Source of the DNA: an uncultured Bifidobacteriaceae bacterium
GTDB taxonomy: Bacteria > Bacteroidota > Bacteroidia > Chitinophagales > UBA10324
DNA: 64,000 bases
Reading direction: 5' to 3'
Assembly: GCA_964640655.1 (NCBI GenBank)
Contig: CAZXFT010000013.1
Span: forward strand, 13,010-77,009
The stretch's first letter is position 1, and each line of letters begins with the position of its first letter. This document shows positions 27,238-37,923 of the stretch, piece by piece. Both the position numbers and the translations under genes were made by a program. The notes below the pieces were generated by a model that saw only the letters and a program-made list of their open reading frames with translations, was not told the origin of the DNA and made no database searches.

Positions 27238-30200
27238 ATGATATTAGAAGCGTTAAGGGAACGCTATGCCAACGATACCCGCATACAAAGTATAGCGGGT
27301 AGAACTAAAAAACAAAGACTGACAGACACCTCATCTGAACGGAAATTTATTACCTATCATATTAAGGGTTGTACGGGGTCATTCTCATCGTTGTTGCTGT
27401 CCACTATTTATAACCTGAACCAAACTCCACTACTAATTATTGCTAACAGCAAGGAAGATGCTGCATATCTACAAAATGATATGGAAAATCTTTTGGATAA
27501 AGCAGAGCCTTTAATGTTGGTTGATTCGTTTAAGAAACCCGGGGCATATGCTGACCAACTCAATACACAGGTTCAGTTGCGTACCGAGGTGTTGAATCGC
27601 ATAGCTAACAATCCGGCAAAAAATGACATCATTATAACCTATCCGGAGGCACTGATTGAGAAGGTAATCAGCAAGGATGCTATAAAAAAAAGCAGTATCA
27701 ATATTGTGTTAAATGAGCAACTTGATGAGGATTTTATCATTGAAACATTTAATCACTATGGCTTTGAACGTAACGACTTTGTATATGAGCCAGGGCAGTA
27801 TGCCATTCGTGGCGGCATTATTGATATTTTTTCTTTTGGAAATGATAAACCTTTTCGTGTAGAGTTATCCGGTTCAACCATAGAGTCTATTCGCATTTTC
27901 GATCCATTCACGCAATTGTCTGAACGGAAGTTATCGCAAATTACTATAGTACCTAATATGCAGACACAAACAGAATCGGGAGATAAAATTTCGATTTTTG
28001 ATTTTCTGCCTGCCGAAACTGTTGTGTGGTTACAGGATTATATGTTGTTAAAAGATGTTGCTGACAGATGTCTGAAGCGTGCTGTTGATATACACGAACA
28101 ATATACCAATTCCCGAATGGTTGATGAAAGTCATATCATTAGTACCCATCCGCAGGAATGGATGTGTTCGACTGATACGATTATCAATGGTTTGATGACA
28201 CATCATCTTATCGAGTTCGATAAACATCATCTAAAAGCTGATGATGTAGCGCATTTTGACATTAAACCGCAGCCCTCAATCAATAAAAATTTCAATCTGC
28301 TAATACAGGACTGGAACAACCTGAATCACAAACAGTATTCGGTTTATCTGTTTTCAGATAATAAGAAGCAGGTGGAACGAATCTATTCCATATTCGATGA
28401 CCTAAAAGCGGGAGTGCAGTTTACGCCAATGTATTTTGCATTACGTGAGGGTTTTATTGATGATGAATTGAAAACTGCTTGTTATACCGATCATCAAATA
28501 TTTAACCGATACCATCATTACCGGTTAAAACAAGGCTATACACGAAGCAAAACGCTTTCGGTTAAGTTATTGCAAGAACTCCGACCCGGTGACTATGTAA
28601 CACACATTGATCATGGAGTAGGTGTTTTTAGTGGATTAGAAAAAATTGATGTCAATGGACAAGTTCAAGAAGCGGTTCGATTGATATACAGAGATAATGA
28701 TTTATTGTATGTTAATATACAATCGCTGCATAAGATTAGTAAGTATGTGGGTAAAGAAGGTGCATCTCCAAAGGTGAATAAACTAGGTACAGATGCGTGG
28801 GAGAGTGTGAAACGCCGTACTAAAGCAAAAGTCAAAGACATAGCCAAAGATCTAATCCACTTGTATGCTGTCCGTAAAGCGCAGAAGGGTTTTGCTTTTC
28901 AGCCCGACTCTTATTTACAGACAGAACTTGAGGCCAGTTTTATATATGAAGACACACCGGATCAGATAAAATCCACGCAGGATGTTAAGCGTGATATGGA
29001 AAAAAGTTTTCCAATGGACAGACTCATCTGCGGCGATGTTGGGTTCGGAAAAACGGAAGTGGCTATTCGTGCCGCATTTAAAGCAGTTGCCGACAGCAAG
29101 CAGGTTGCTATATTAGTGCCTACAACTATTCTTGCTCTGCAACACTACAATACATTCACCGAGCGACTCAAAGATTTCCCTTGCAACATTGATTACATTA
29201 ATCGATTTAAATCTTCAGCACAACAAAAAGAAACTATTAAGAAACTGGAGGAAGGTAAAGTAGATATACTAATAGGAACAAGCGCCATCATAGGTTCTAA
29301 GATTAAGTTTAAAAATTTAGGCTTGTTGATTATAGATGAGGAACAAAAATTTGGAGTGGCAGCGAAAGAAAAAATCAGGCAGTTGAAAGCCAACGTCGAT
29401 ACTCTCACATTAACTGCAACTCCAATTCCACGTACACTCCAATTTTCTTTATTAGGAGCACGCGATTTAAGTATTATTAATACACCACCTCCTAATCGAC
29501 AGCCTATTGAAACTGAGGTAATTTCATTCGACCCCGATCGCATAAAAGAAATAATTGAGTACGAGGTTTATAGAGGAGGTCAGGTATTTTTTGTACACAA
29601 CAAAGTAAAAAACATAGAGTCTGTTGCCAATACGCTTAAAGAAATTTGTAAAGGGATAGACATTGCTGTGGCACACGGACAAATGGAAGGTCACGTGCTC
29701 GAAGATAAGTTACTGGCATTTATAGATCGCAGATATGATGTACTTGTATCAACTAACATTGTAGAAACAGGGCTAGATATTGCGAATGCTAACACTATCA
29801 TCATTGATGATGCGCATATGTTTGGTTTAAGCGATTTGCATCAGTTGCGAGGCAGAGTAGGCCGCAGCAACAAGAAAGCATTTTGTTATTTGATAACACC
29901 GCCTATGAGTACATTAAGCTCAGATGCCCGAAGAAGATTAAGAACCATTGAAGAATTTTCTGACTTAGGAAGCGGTTTTCAGGTAGCTATGCGTGATTTG
30001 GACATTCGTGGTGCAGGTAATTTGTTAGGAGCTGAACAAAGTGGATTTATTGCCGATATTGGATACGATACTTATCATAAGATCTTGGATGAAGCAGTTC
30101 AGGAACTAAAAGAAACAGACTTTAAAGAGCTGTTTGCAGATGAAAATGTGCAACGTGTGTATAGCCGTGAGTGTGCAATTGAATCAGATGGTTCAATGCT

Positions 30201-30621
30201 GATACCTGATTATTATGTGGAGAATATCAACGAGCGCTTATTATTATATACAGAACTTGATAATATCACCGACGAAGCAACACTAGAACAATTTAAACAA
30301 CGTTTGCAAGATCGTTTCGGACCAATTCCCGAAGAGGTTAATCAACTTTTCTATGGTTTGCATTTGCGTCGACTGGCAAGAAAATTAGGGTTTGAAAAAA
30401 TCAGTGTTCGACAAAATGTTTTACGTTGTTATACGATTGACAACCCCGAATCAGATTATTATGAAACCGATACTTTTCAGGCCATTATTCAATATGTATC
30501 TTCTCATCCCACTCGATGCTCGCTAAAGCAAATGGAAAAAAACGTGATGGTGGTGATTAAAGCAGTAAAAAATCTTCAGGAAGCTATTCAGGTGTTAAGC
30601 ACGATATTAAATGCTCAATGA
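27238..30621 (+). CDS. mfd: Transcription-repair coupling factor
   Basis: 1127 aa. UvrB-homology N-terminus, CarD/RID (GDYVTHIDHGVGVF), SF2 helicase motifs (GDVGFGKTEVA, DEEQKFG, TATPIPRT, QLRGRVGR) and a TRG motif region. Confidence 0.96.
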   Translation: MILEALRERYANDTRIQSIAGRTKKQRLTDTSSERKFITYHIKGCTGSFSSLLLSTIYNLNQTPLLIIANSKEDAAYLQNDMENLLDKAEPLMLVDSFKKPGAYADQLNTQVQLRTEVLNRIANNPAKNDIIITYPEALIEKVISKDAIKKSSINIVLNEQLDEDFIIETFNHYGFERNDFVYEPGQYAIRGGIIDIFSFGNDKPFRVELSGSTIESIRIFDPFTQLSERKLSQITIVPNMQTQTESGDKISIFDFLPAETVVWLQDYMLLKDVADRCLKRAVDIHEQYTNSRMVDESHIISTHPQEWMCSTDTIINGLMTHHLIEFDKHHLKADDVAHFDIKPQPSINKNFNLLIQDWNNLNHKQYSVYLFSDNKKQVERIYSIFDDLKAGVQFTPMYFALREGFIDDELKTACYTDHQIFNRYHHYRLKQGYTRSKTLSVKLLQELRPGDYVTHIDHGVGVFSGLEKIDVNGQVQEAVRLIYRDNDLLYVNIQSLHKISKYVGKEGASPKVNKLGTDAWESVKRRTKAKVKDIAKDLIHLYAVRKAQKGFAFQPDSYLQTELEASFIYEDTPDQIKSTQDVKRDMEKSFPMDRLICGDVGFGKTEVAIRAAFKAVADSKQVAILVPTTILALQHYNTFTERLKDFPCNIDYINRFKSSAQQKETIKKLEEGKVDILIGTSAIIGSKIKFKNLGLLIIDEEQKFGVAAKEKIRQLKANVDTLTLTATPIPRTLQFSLLGARDLSIINTPPPNRQPIETEVISFDPDRIKEIIEYEVYRGGQVFFVHNKVKNIESVANTLKEICKGIDIAVAHGQMEGHVLEDKLLAFIDRRYDVLVSTNIVETGLDIANANTIIIDDAHMFGLSDLHQLRGRVGRSNKKAFCYLITPPMSTLSSDARRRLRTIEEFSDLGSGFQVAMRDLDIRGAGNLLGAEQSGFIADIGYDTYHKILDEAVQELKETDFKELFADENVQRVYSRECAIESDGSMLIPDYYVENINERLLLYTELDNITDEATLEQFKQRLQDRFGPIPEEVNQLFYGLHLRRLARKLGFEKISVRQNVLRCYTIDNPESDYYETDTFQAIIQYVSSHPTRCSLKQMEKNVMVVIKAVKNLQEAIQVLSTILNAQ

Positions 30622-31814
30622 TACAGAGGATTTTCAAATAATGGGTCTCCTGCCTCAGGAGCACTTGAACCTTCCAAGTAGTGATATGTTGATTGACTCT
30701 CGTTCTTTCTAATTTGTACCCAAGCTACAAGATCACTGAATAAGGGCTTAAAATTCGGCACATTAGTTATAACCAATTTTGATGAGGTACTACTCCATAC
30801 GGCGGTGAATCCTTCAGGTAATGCCACATTCATTCCGTCTTTGTCTACGTAATATTCCAGATGATTCATATACATACTATATGCGGCAAAAGTTTTTCGC
30901 AACACATTCTGATATCTATGATATTCAGATAATTCCTGAGCTTCAGCAATCGAAGGACATGTTTTAAAACGATGCGAGTAATCATATAAGGTTACGTTTT
31001 TCTTAGTTCTGAAATCATTACTGCAAATGAATGTGTAATAATAGGCCCAAGATGGTGACAGTCGAGCTGAATTGATAATTGTTTGGAAAATTGCCATATT
31101 GTTATTGAGAAATCCTTTTACACTTTTAACACTGACAATATTTTTTATTTTCCATTCACAAGTGGAATTGTATGACTCAACTTGTAAGTAATGTTTTTCA
31201 AGAGTTGCATAGATCACATGTTCATACGGAGTATTGTTCTCCGTGTATTCTATATGAATACAGGCTGTTTCAGCATTGATTTCTTTTCCATCAATTCCTG
31301 TTTGATGGATATTATAAAGTGGCTTTTTTAGCATTATACGTGCATTGCCCGAAGATTCAATATAGATTGGTAAAACATAATCAACTAAAGCATCAATAGC
31401 ATTTCTAGGCATATTGCTACTTTCATAAACTGTATCTTTTTCAATTCTTACACTTCGTGTTTGAAGAGGTAATGAAGACGTTTTGGTAATGAAAGTTAGA
31501 CTAGGATGAAAGTATAACATATTGAATTCGACGGTATCCATAAGTGTGATAGCGAATTTTAATGGATCAGTATAGTCTGTAGTTTTCCATTGCAGGTTAC
31601 TATGTATCATATATCCTTCAGGAATCAGTAGATTGAGAAATTCTTCCTGTGTAACGATTGTGTCTATAAATGGCACACGGCTAAAAGTCAATGTCTTATT
31701 CTCTATGTAACCGGTATCTGCATTGCTGATGAGTTCATTCTCAATCACCTCTACTTTATCGCCTGAGCAACTAACTATCAGAATGGAGAGAATGATAAGT
31801 ATTAGCTGTATCAT
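30615..31814 (-). CDS. Hypothetical lipoprotein (ORFan)
   Basis: Signal peptide plus lipobox LIVSC. No recognisable domain. The 3' end overlaps mfd by 7 nt. Confidence 0.5.
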   Translation of the reverse strand: MIQLILIILSILIVSCSGDKVEVIENELISNADTGYIENKTLTFSRVPFIDTIVTQEEFLNLLIPEGYMIHSNLQWKTTDYTDPLKFAITLMDTVEFNMLYFHPSLTFITKTSSLPLQTRSVRIEKDTVYESSNMPRNAIDALVDYVLPIYIESSGNARIMLKKPLYNIHQTGIDGKEINAETACIHIEYTENNTPYEHVIYATLEKHYLQVESYNSTCEWKIKNIVSVKSVKGFLNNNMAIFQTIINSARLSPSWAYYYTFICSNDFRTKKNVTLYDYSHRFKTCPSIAEAQELSEYHRYQNVLRKTFAAYSMYMNHLEYYVDKDGMNVALPEGFTAVWSSTSSKLVITNVPNFKPLFSDLVAWVQIRKNESQSTYHYLEGSSAPEAGDPLFENPLYH

Positions 31815-31837
31815 AAATTGTGATCACTAAAAGTAAT

Positions 31838-31868
31838 AAAGCATCTTGTTATTAAAACAAGATGCTTT
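31838..31868 (-). terminator. Intrinsic terminator of the RND efflux operon
   Basis: Perfect 13-bp stem AAAGCATCTTGTT / AACAAGATGCTTT with a 5-nt loop, 24 nt after the permease stop, followed on the minus strand by a T-rich stretch. Confidence 0.75.
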
Positions 31869-31891
31869 CAAATGGTATTTCTTAATTCTAT

Positions 31892-34800
31892 TTAGTCTAA
31901 ATCGGCTTCATTAAATGGTTTTACCTCAAAATCCTGAATACCTTTCCATTTAAGTTTGCGTTTTTCAACTAGAACATACATAGCAGGAACAAGTATTAAA
32001 GTAATAAGTGTAGCAAAGCCCAATCCGAAAATAATAGTCCATGATAGCGGACCCCAGAATGCTACGCTATCGCCGCCAAACCAAATATTAGGTTTGAAAT
32101 GTGTGAATAGTTTAACGAAGTCAATATTCATACCTACAGCGAGTGGAATTAACCCAAGAATAGCAGCTGAAGCGGTCAGTAAAACAGGTGTCATACGTAT
32201 TTTGCCGGCATGTATGGCTGCGGTTACTATATCGTATCCTTTTGCACGCAAAACATCAGTGAATTCGATAAGTAGTATTCCGTTTCGAACTACTATTCCT
32301 GCAAGTGCAACTATTCCAACACCGGTCATCACTATACTGATGTCCATATTAAATATGGCTAAGCCAATGAGTGTACCAATGACACTAAAAATAATTTCAC
32401 TTAAAATAATAATAGGTTTACTAATGGAATTGAACTGTGTAACCAGTATCAGAAATATTAAAGAAAGTGAAATTAGCAATGCATTGCCTAAAAAGGCTGC
32501 TGTCTCTTTTTGTTCTTCCTGTTCACCGGTAAGATTGATGCTGATTGTATCTGGCGTTTTGTATGCAGCGGCAGCTTTGGTAACCGCATTCACTACATCG
32601 TTGGGGGCATAATCGGCGAGTATGTTGGAGTATATGGTAATTACGCGTTTCTGATTTTTTCTGTTGATGCCGCCTAATGCATTTTCATATTTAATACTTG
32701 CAACAGAGGATAGTGGAATTGAACGCATCATTCCCCCCATCACCATGTCGCGATAAGAAATTTTCAGATTTAGTAATTGGTCTACATTATTGCGCTGGTT
32801 ATAATTGAAACGTAACTGAATTGGATATTCTTCATTTTTATCCTTGAATTTGGATACTTCCCTTCCATAGAGTGAAGTTCGAAGTTCGCTACCTATCTGT
32901 GCCGTACTGATACCTTCTCGATTTGCTCGCTCACGATCTACAGCTATTACAATCTCAGGTTTATATTTTAATAAATCGGTTTTTAATTCTTCTACACCGG
33001 CTATCTGAAGTGAGTCAAGGTAAGAGCGAAGTCCTTCTGACACACGAATTAATTCTGCATAATCATCGCCGCTCACCTCTATGTTTATGGGCTTTCCTAC
33101 AGGCGGACCATTAGCTTCTTTCTCAACAGTTATTTGTGCTAAAGCAATATCTTTAACAGCGTCGCGTATTTCATTTAGATATACCGATGTGCTTTTGCCA
33201 TTGCGTTTTCCAAACTCAACGAAAGCAATTCCTACCTTGCCTTTATTTGAAGCAACAGATCTGTCTCCGGATTGAGGATCGTTGGCTCCAACAGCTACAT
33301 TTGATATTACTGATTCAACCAGAGGATTGTTATCGCCTAAGACACTGTAAATACGTTTCTCAACCTCGAGTGTTATTGAATCGGTGATACGTTGATCAGT
33401 ACCTACGGGAAGCGTGATGTAAGTGTATATGAAATTCGGGTCGCTTTGAGGGAAGAAAACAATACCCGGATTTCGGACTACCGTGATAAATAGTGAAAAG
33501 AAAAATAATACTATGGTCAGTACAATCATCCATACCGGTCGGCTACCCCTTAAACACCAGGTAATAACAGACTCATAGGAATTTTGTATGCGTGGCCATA
33601 TCTGTTTTTGAAATTTGGTTGTTATGTTTTCTATAAACAAGTATTGACACCAAACCAGCAATAGAATAAATAAAGTAAAGTTGCCCATACCGTACGTGCC
33701 ACTCAAATAAAAGATTGTTGCAACAGCAATAAACAAGATGCTGGTTACTCTGAGTTTTTTGAAAATAGTTGCAAAACTTTTATCCTCGTGTTCATTGTGC
33801 GGCTTCATAAACGAAACAGCAAAAACAGGATTAATGATGTAAGCAACAAGCAATGAGGCCAAAAGTGTTACGATCAGAGTAATGGGCAAGAAAAACATGA
33901 ACTTACCAATAATGCCAGACCAGAATGCTAATGGAACAAATGGCGCTAATGTTGTGAGTGTTCCGGATAAAACCGGTAGAAACACTTCACCCGCGGCCAT
34001 CTTTGCTGCTTTTTTGATAGGTACTTTGCCATTTCTAAAAATGCGGTGAGTGTTTTCAATTACTACTATGGCATCATCAACCACTATACCCAATGCAAGA
34101 AGAAATGAAAACAATACAATCATATTGAGTGTAAAGCCAATGGAGGGCATCACGATAAAAGCTATAAACATGCTTAGTGGTACCGACAATGCTACGAATA
34201 TGGCATTGGTGGTTCCCATAAAGAACATCAGTATTATAGTTACGAGAATGAAACCAATAATAATGGTGTTGATTAAGTCGTGCAGTGTTGTGCGCGTTTG
34301 TGTGCTTTGATCGCCGGTCAGAACTATGTTTAATCCCGGAAGATTTTTTTCATCCTCATATTCTTTCACAATTTCACGGCATTTATCCGATGCATCTATG
34401 AGGTTTTCGCCACTTCTTTTAATAATGTTGAGTGTGATTACATTTTTACCATTCAGTCGTGCATAACTTTCTTTTTCCTTGAAACCATCTTTTACCTCGG
34501 CAATATCTTTCAGATAAACCGTTGCGCCAGACATAGAGCGCACAACAATATTTTGTATTTGTTCAATGCTTTTAAAATCACCTTTCACACTCAAGGAACG
34601 CCTTACACCATCCGTAGATACTACACCTCCGGAGATAGTCATGTTCTCGTATGCGACAGCATTGGCAATGTCGTTCATCGAAATTTCAGATGCCTGCATT
34701 TTATACATATCTGCATTTATCTGTACCTCGCGCTCCAATGCACCAACAATATCAACACGTGTAATTTCTTTCTGTGCCTCTATTCTGTCTTTGATATCGT

Positions 34801-35293
34801 CAGCAAATTTTTTGAGTTTATTCAAATCAAAATCACCTGATATGTTCACAAATAGAATCGGTATCTCTGAAAAGTCTATCTCCTGTACTGTTGGTTCGGC
34901 AGGTAAGTCTTGCGGTAAATCCGTCTTGGCCTTATCAACGGCGTCTTTCACTTTTCTTTTTGCTTCTGCTACATTAACATTAGTATTAAACTCCACGATG
35001 ACATTGGAGAAGTCCTGTATAGAGTTACTCGTAAGTTTTTTTACACCGGAAATCCCTTTTACTTGTTTTTCAATATGCTTGGTTACCAGTGCTTCCATAT
35101 CACTCGGTGAAGCACCCGGATAAATGGTGCTTACGAATATGGTTGGAATTACAATATCAGGAAATTGCTCTTTGGGAATACTGATATAAGACATGATGCC
35201 TATAAGTGTAATAATGGCGCTTATGACATAGATGCTTGTTTTATTATCTATTGCCCAACTGCTGCCTATAAACTCTTTAAACTTTTCTTTCAT
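31892..35293 (-). CDS. RND efflux permease (AcrB/HAE1 family)
   Basis: 1133 aa with 12-TM topology and two large periplasmic loops. Typical N-terminus FKEFIGSSWAIDNKTSIYV...PKEQFPDIVIPTIFVST.YPGASP. Confidence 0.93.
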   Translation of the reverse strand: MKEKFKEFIGSSWAIDNKTSIYVISAIITLIGIMSYISIPKEQFPDIVIPTIFVSTIYPGASPSDMEALVTKHIEKQVKGISGVKKLTSNSIQDFSNVIVEFNTNVNVAEAKRKVKDAVDKAKTDLPQDLPAEPTVQEIDFSEIPILFVNISGDFDLNKLKKFADDIKDRIEAQKEITRVDIVGALEREVQINADMYKMQASEISMNDIANAVAYENMTISGGVVSTDGVRRSLSVKGDFKSIEQIQNIVVRSMSGATVYLKDIAEVKDGFKEKESYARLNGKNVITLNIIKRSGENLIDASDKCREIVKEYEDEKNLPGLNIVLTGDQSTQTRTTLHDLINTIIIGFILVTIILMFFMGTTNAIFVALSVPLSMFIAFIVMPSIGFTLNMIVLFSFLLALGIVVDDAIVVIENTHRIFRNGKVPIKKAAKMAAGEVFLPVLSGTLTTLAPFVPLAFWSGIIGKFMFFLPITLIVTLLASLLVAYIINPVFAVSFMKPHNEHEDKSFATIFKKLRVTSILFIAVATIFYLSGTYGMGNFTLFILLLVWCQYLFIENITTKFQKQIWPRIQNSYESVITWCLRGSRPVWMIVLTIVLFFFSLFITVVRNPGIVFFPQSDPNFIYTYITLPVGTDQRITDSITLEVEKRIYSVLGDNNPLVESVISNVAVGANDPQSGDRSVASNKGKVGIAFVEFGKRNGKSTSVYLNEIRDAVKDIALAQITVEKEANGPPVGKPINIEVSGDDYAELIRVSEGLRSYLDSLQIAGVEELKTDLLKYKPEIVIAVDRERANREGISTAQIGSELRTSLYGREVSKFKDKNEEYPIQLRFNYNQRNNVDQLLNLKISYRDMVMGGMMRSIPLSSVASIKYENALGGINRKNQKRVITIYSNILADYAPNDVVNAVTKAAAAYKTPDTISINLTGEQEEQKETAAFLGNALLISLSLIFLILVTQFNSISKPIIILSEIIFSVIGTLIGLAIFNMDISIVMTGVGIVALAGIVVRNGILLIEFTDVLRAKGYDIVTAAIHAGKIRMTPVLLTASAAILGLIPLAVGMNIDFVKLFTHFKPNIWFGGDSVAFWGPLSWTIIFGLGFATLITLILVPAMYVLVEKRKLKWKGIQDFEVKPFNEADLD

Positions 35294-35372
35294 TGTAGGA
35301 ATGATTTTTAGAACTGATTATTTTTTTTAGTTCATATTCTTTTAGAAATAGAACCATCTCAGTGCTCTGTAA

Positions 35373-36488
35373 TTATTTATTGGTTTTAATAGCTACACCG
35401 TTAGTTATATCGTCGAGGCCTGTCGTAATCAGTGCATCTCCAGGCTTAAGTCCTGACACGATTTCCATTTTACCGTTATAAACCGAACCGGGAACAATCA
35501 TTTGCTTCTGAGCTATCATATTGCCGTTTACTGTGTTTGCTATGTAAGCATAAGTGCCTTCTTCAGATAGTTGTGTTACATTCACCGGAACAACTATGGC
35601 TTCAGAATTTTCATAGTCTTTTATTTTGACTACAGCGGTCATATTGGGTAGTATTTCATCTGAGCCGTTGATATTCACAATAATTCCGAATGTGCGATTT
35701 AATACATTTATTGATTTGCCCTTGTATGAGAGGGTTCCGCTTATTTCTTTGTTGATATCGCTTAGGTAAACAATCACCGGACTTCCTTCTTTTACCGAAT
35801 TGCTGAAACGTTCTGCCACTTCTGCCTTTATTTTAAGTTGATTGTTGTTCACTACCCTGAAAGACGGAACACCTGGTGCAGCAGTTTGCCCAATTTTAAT
35901 CATCACCTCGTCAATAGTGCCATAGATGGACGATTTTAATTTATACAACTCAAGTTGCTCCATCATAGTTTTTAATTTCTTTTCTAAACTTTCCTTTTGA
36001 TTTTTCATCTGAAGATATTGCACTTCGGATCCAATGTTTTGCTTCCAGAGGTTTTCCTGCTTCTCAAAAAGCTGCTTGGCCAAATCCAATCCTAATTTCA
36101 ATTCTTCAATTCCCTGACGCAACACCTGATCGTCAATTTCGGCAAGTACTTGGCCGGGTTTTACAGCATCACCTTCACGCACATAAACTGCTTTGATGTT
36201 GCCTGCGGCACTTGGAGCGATGATGATGTTCTGATCTGATTCTACCTTACCTTGAATCTCAATAAAATGAGCATATTGTTCAGGTTGAATAGTTCTTGTC
36301 TCAACTAATTTTTGTTTAACATTTATAAAAGTAGTATCAGATGCAGCAAGTTCTTTTTCCAGTGCGGCTATCTTAACTGTTAGTTCTTCATGTTGTTTTT
36401 TGAGGCTTTCTAACTGAGCGAGTTTATCGCCGCTTTGGCAGGCTACAAAAAAAGTAATGATGCTTAGTAGAGCAAATAAATTTTTCAT
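35373..36488 (-). CDS. RND efflux periplasmic adaptor (membrane fusion protein)
   Basis: Lipoprotein signal (FVACQ), coiled-coil hairpin, biotinyl-lipoyl-like segment (VREGDAVKPGQVLAEID) and beta-barrel domains. Confidence 0.88.
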   Translation of the reverse strand: MKNLFALLSIITFFVACQSGDKLAQLESLKKQHEELTVKIAALEKELAASDTTFINVKQKLVETRTIQPEQYAHFIEIQGKVESDQNIIIAPSAAGNIKAVYVREGDAVKPGQVLAEIDDQVLRQGIEELKLGLDLAKQLFEKQENLWKQNIGSEVQYLQMKNQKESLEKKLKTMMEQLELYKLKSSIYGTIDEVMIKIGQTAAPGVPSFRVVNNNQLKIKAEVAERFSNSVKEGSPVIVYLSDINKEISGTLSYKGKSINVLNRTFGIIVNINGSDEILPNMTAVVKIKDYENSEAIVVPVNVTQLSEEGTYAYIANTVNGNMIAQKQMIVPGSVYNGKMEIVSGLKPGDALITTGLDDITNGVAIKTNK

Positions 36489-36501
36489 AATGGATGTATA
36501 G

Positions 36502-37923
36502 TTATGGTTTAATGAGTCCTATGGATTTTTGATAATCAATTTTTGAAATTGTGGCATCATATAGCGCCGTTAGGTAATTGGTTTGAGCAGTTTTTAAATC
36601 AGTTTGAGCATTAAGTAATTCGAGACTTGAACCAACACCTTGATCATACTTTATCTTGGCAGTGTTGTAAACCGATTCGGCTAATTCCATATTTTTTTTC
36701 TGATTGTTTAAGGTTGCTGTGGCGTTGGTCAGAGTTACTTTAGAACTATTGGCCTCTAAGTTTATGGCATTAGTTAAGTTCATTAAATCATTCTCAGTTT
36801 TTTGAAGATTTAATGAAGCCTGTTGCCATTTACGATGTTTCTGTAAGCCATCGAAAATGGGGACGCTTAATTTCAAGCCTACAAGTGTAGTTGGAAACCA
36901 ACGATCAATTTTCTGATATGTACCATTAATAAATCCGAATTCAGGTTTTTTAAAAAAGTTAAACGTATCGCCTAAGGCTTGATAACCATAAGAACCAAAT
37001 GCAACAAAACTTGGCAGATAACCGAAAGTGTAACGCTTTTTATCTAATTGATATAATCTTATCTGAGATTGAATGATCTGATATTCTATGCGTGACTGAG
37101 GATTAATAGTGCCTGATTGTAACACACTTTCAAACTCATCTTCTTTTATGGTGTCGGATAATTCAATAGGGCTGTTTACATCCATTCCCATATTAAATTT
37201 CAACGCCATTAACGACAGGTTAACCATGCGCTCAACCTTCTCTTGCTCAGTCAGTAAATTGTTGTAGGTTACCGTTATTCTATCGTAATCTAATTTTTCT
37301 ACAAAGCCATTCTCATATAATGCTTTTGTGTCGTCGTGTACTTTTTTAAGTCTTTCAACATTAGACTTCAATAACTCCAACTGCTTAGTGGCTAACAATG
37401 AACCATAGTAAGCTTTTGATACGGCTACTGTTGTTTCAATTTTTGTTCTGGAAACATTTTTACCTGTCAGAGATAATAAAGCACGCTGTGCCTGTAGTCC
37501 AACAAAAAATTGCCCGTCGAAGATTAACTGGCTGGCATCTATTGATCCTGTGAGAGTGTATTTAGTTCCAAACTGAACTGGAAAACGACTGCTGCTTTGC
37601 GGTGGAATGGAACTAACCAATCCATTTTGATATAAAATGCCATACACTGGTCCTTCGATAAAGTTGGGTAACAATGATGTAGGTACATCAAAAAAGTACT
37701 GACCATTAGCGCCTGCACTAATTTGGGGCATACCAATACCCTTGTATTCCTGAACAGAGCGCCTGGAAATTTGCTCATCAAGTTGAGCATTCAGTACGGT
37801 ATTATTATGTTGCAGTGCATAGTCTATAGCCTGACTTAATGAGAATGTGGCAACAGTTTGTGCCGAACCTATATGAGTTACAAGCAACAATGACAAGATA
37901 AAAAAAGATCGTGAATATTTCAT
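36502..37923 (-). CDS. TolC family outer-membrane efflux protein
   Basis: Signal peptide and duplicated OEP repeats (LSQAIDYALQHNNTVLNAQL...; ...LELLNAQTDLKTAQTNYLTALYD). Confidence 0.88.
   Translation of the reverse strand: MKYSRSFFILSLLLVTHIGSAQTVATFSLSQAIDYALQHNNTVLNAQLDEQISRRSVQEYKGIGMPQISAGANGQYFFDVPTSLLPNFIEGPVYGILYQNGLVSSIPPQSSSRFPVQFGTKYTLTGSIDASQLIFDGQFFVGLQAQRALLSLTGKNVSRTKIETTVAVSKAYYGSLLATKQLELLKSNVERLKKVHDDTKALYENGFVEKLDYDRITVTYNNLLTEQEKVERMVNLSLMALKFNMGMDVNSPIELSDTIKEDEFESVLQSGTINPQSRIEYQIIQSQIRLYQLDKKRYTFGYLPSFVAFGSYGYQALGDTFNFFKKPEFGFINGTYQKIDRWFPTTLVGLKLSVPIFDGLQKHRKWQQASLNLQKTENDLMNLTNAINLEANSSKVTLTNATATLNNQKKNMELAESVYNTAKIKYDQGVGSSLELLNAQTDLKTAQTNYLTALYDATISKIDYQKSIGLIKP

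Noticed and set aside
31956-32612. 218-aa plus-strand ORF (and the 185-aa ORF at 34566..35123) inside the RND permease gene
   Set aside because: Both lie entirely antisense to a 1133-aa ORF with unmistakable AcrB-family features. Their sequences are low-complexity S/A/I/T-rich mirror translations with no start context. They are shadow ORFs.
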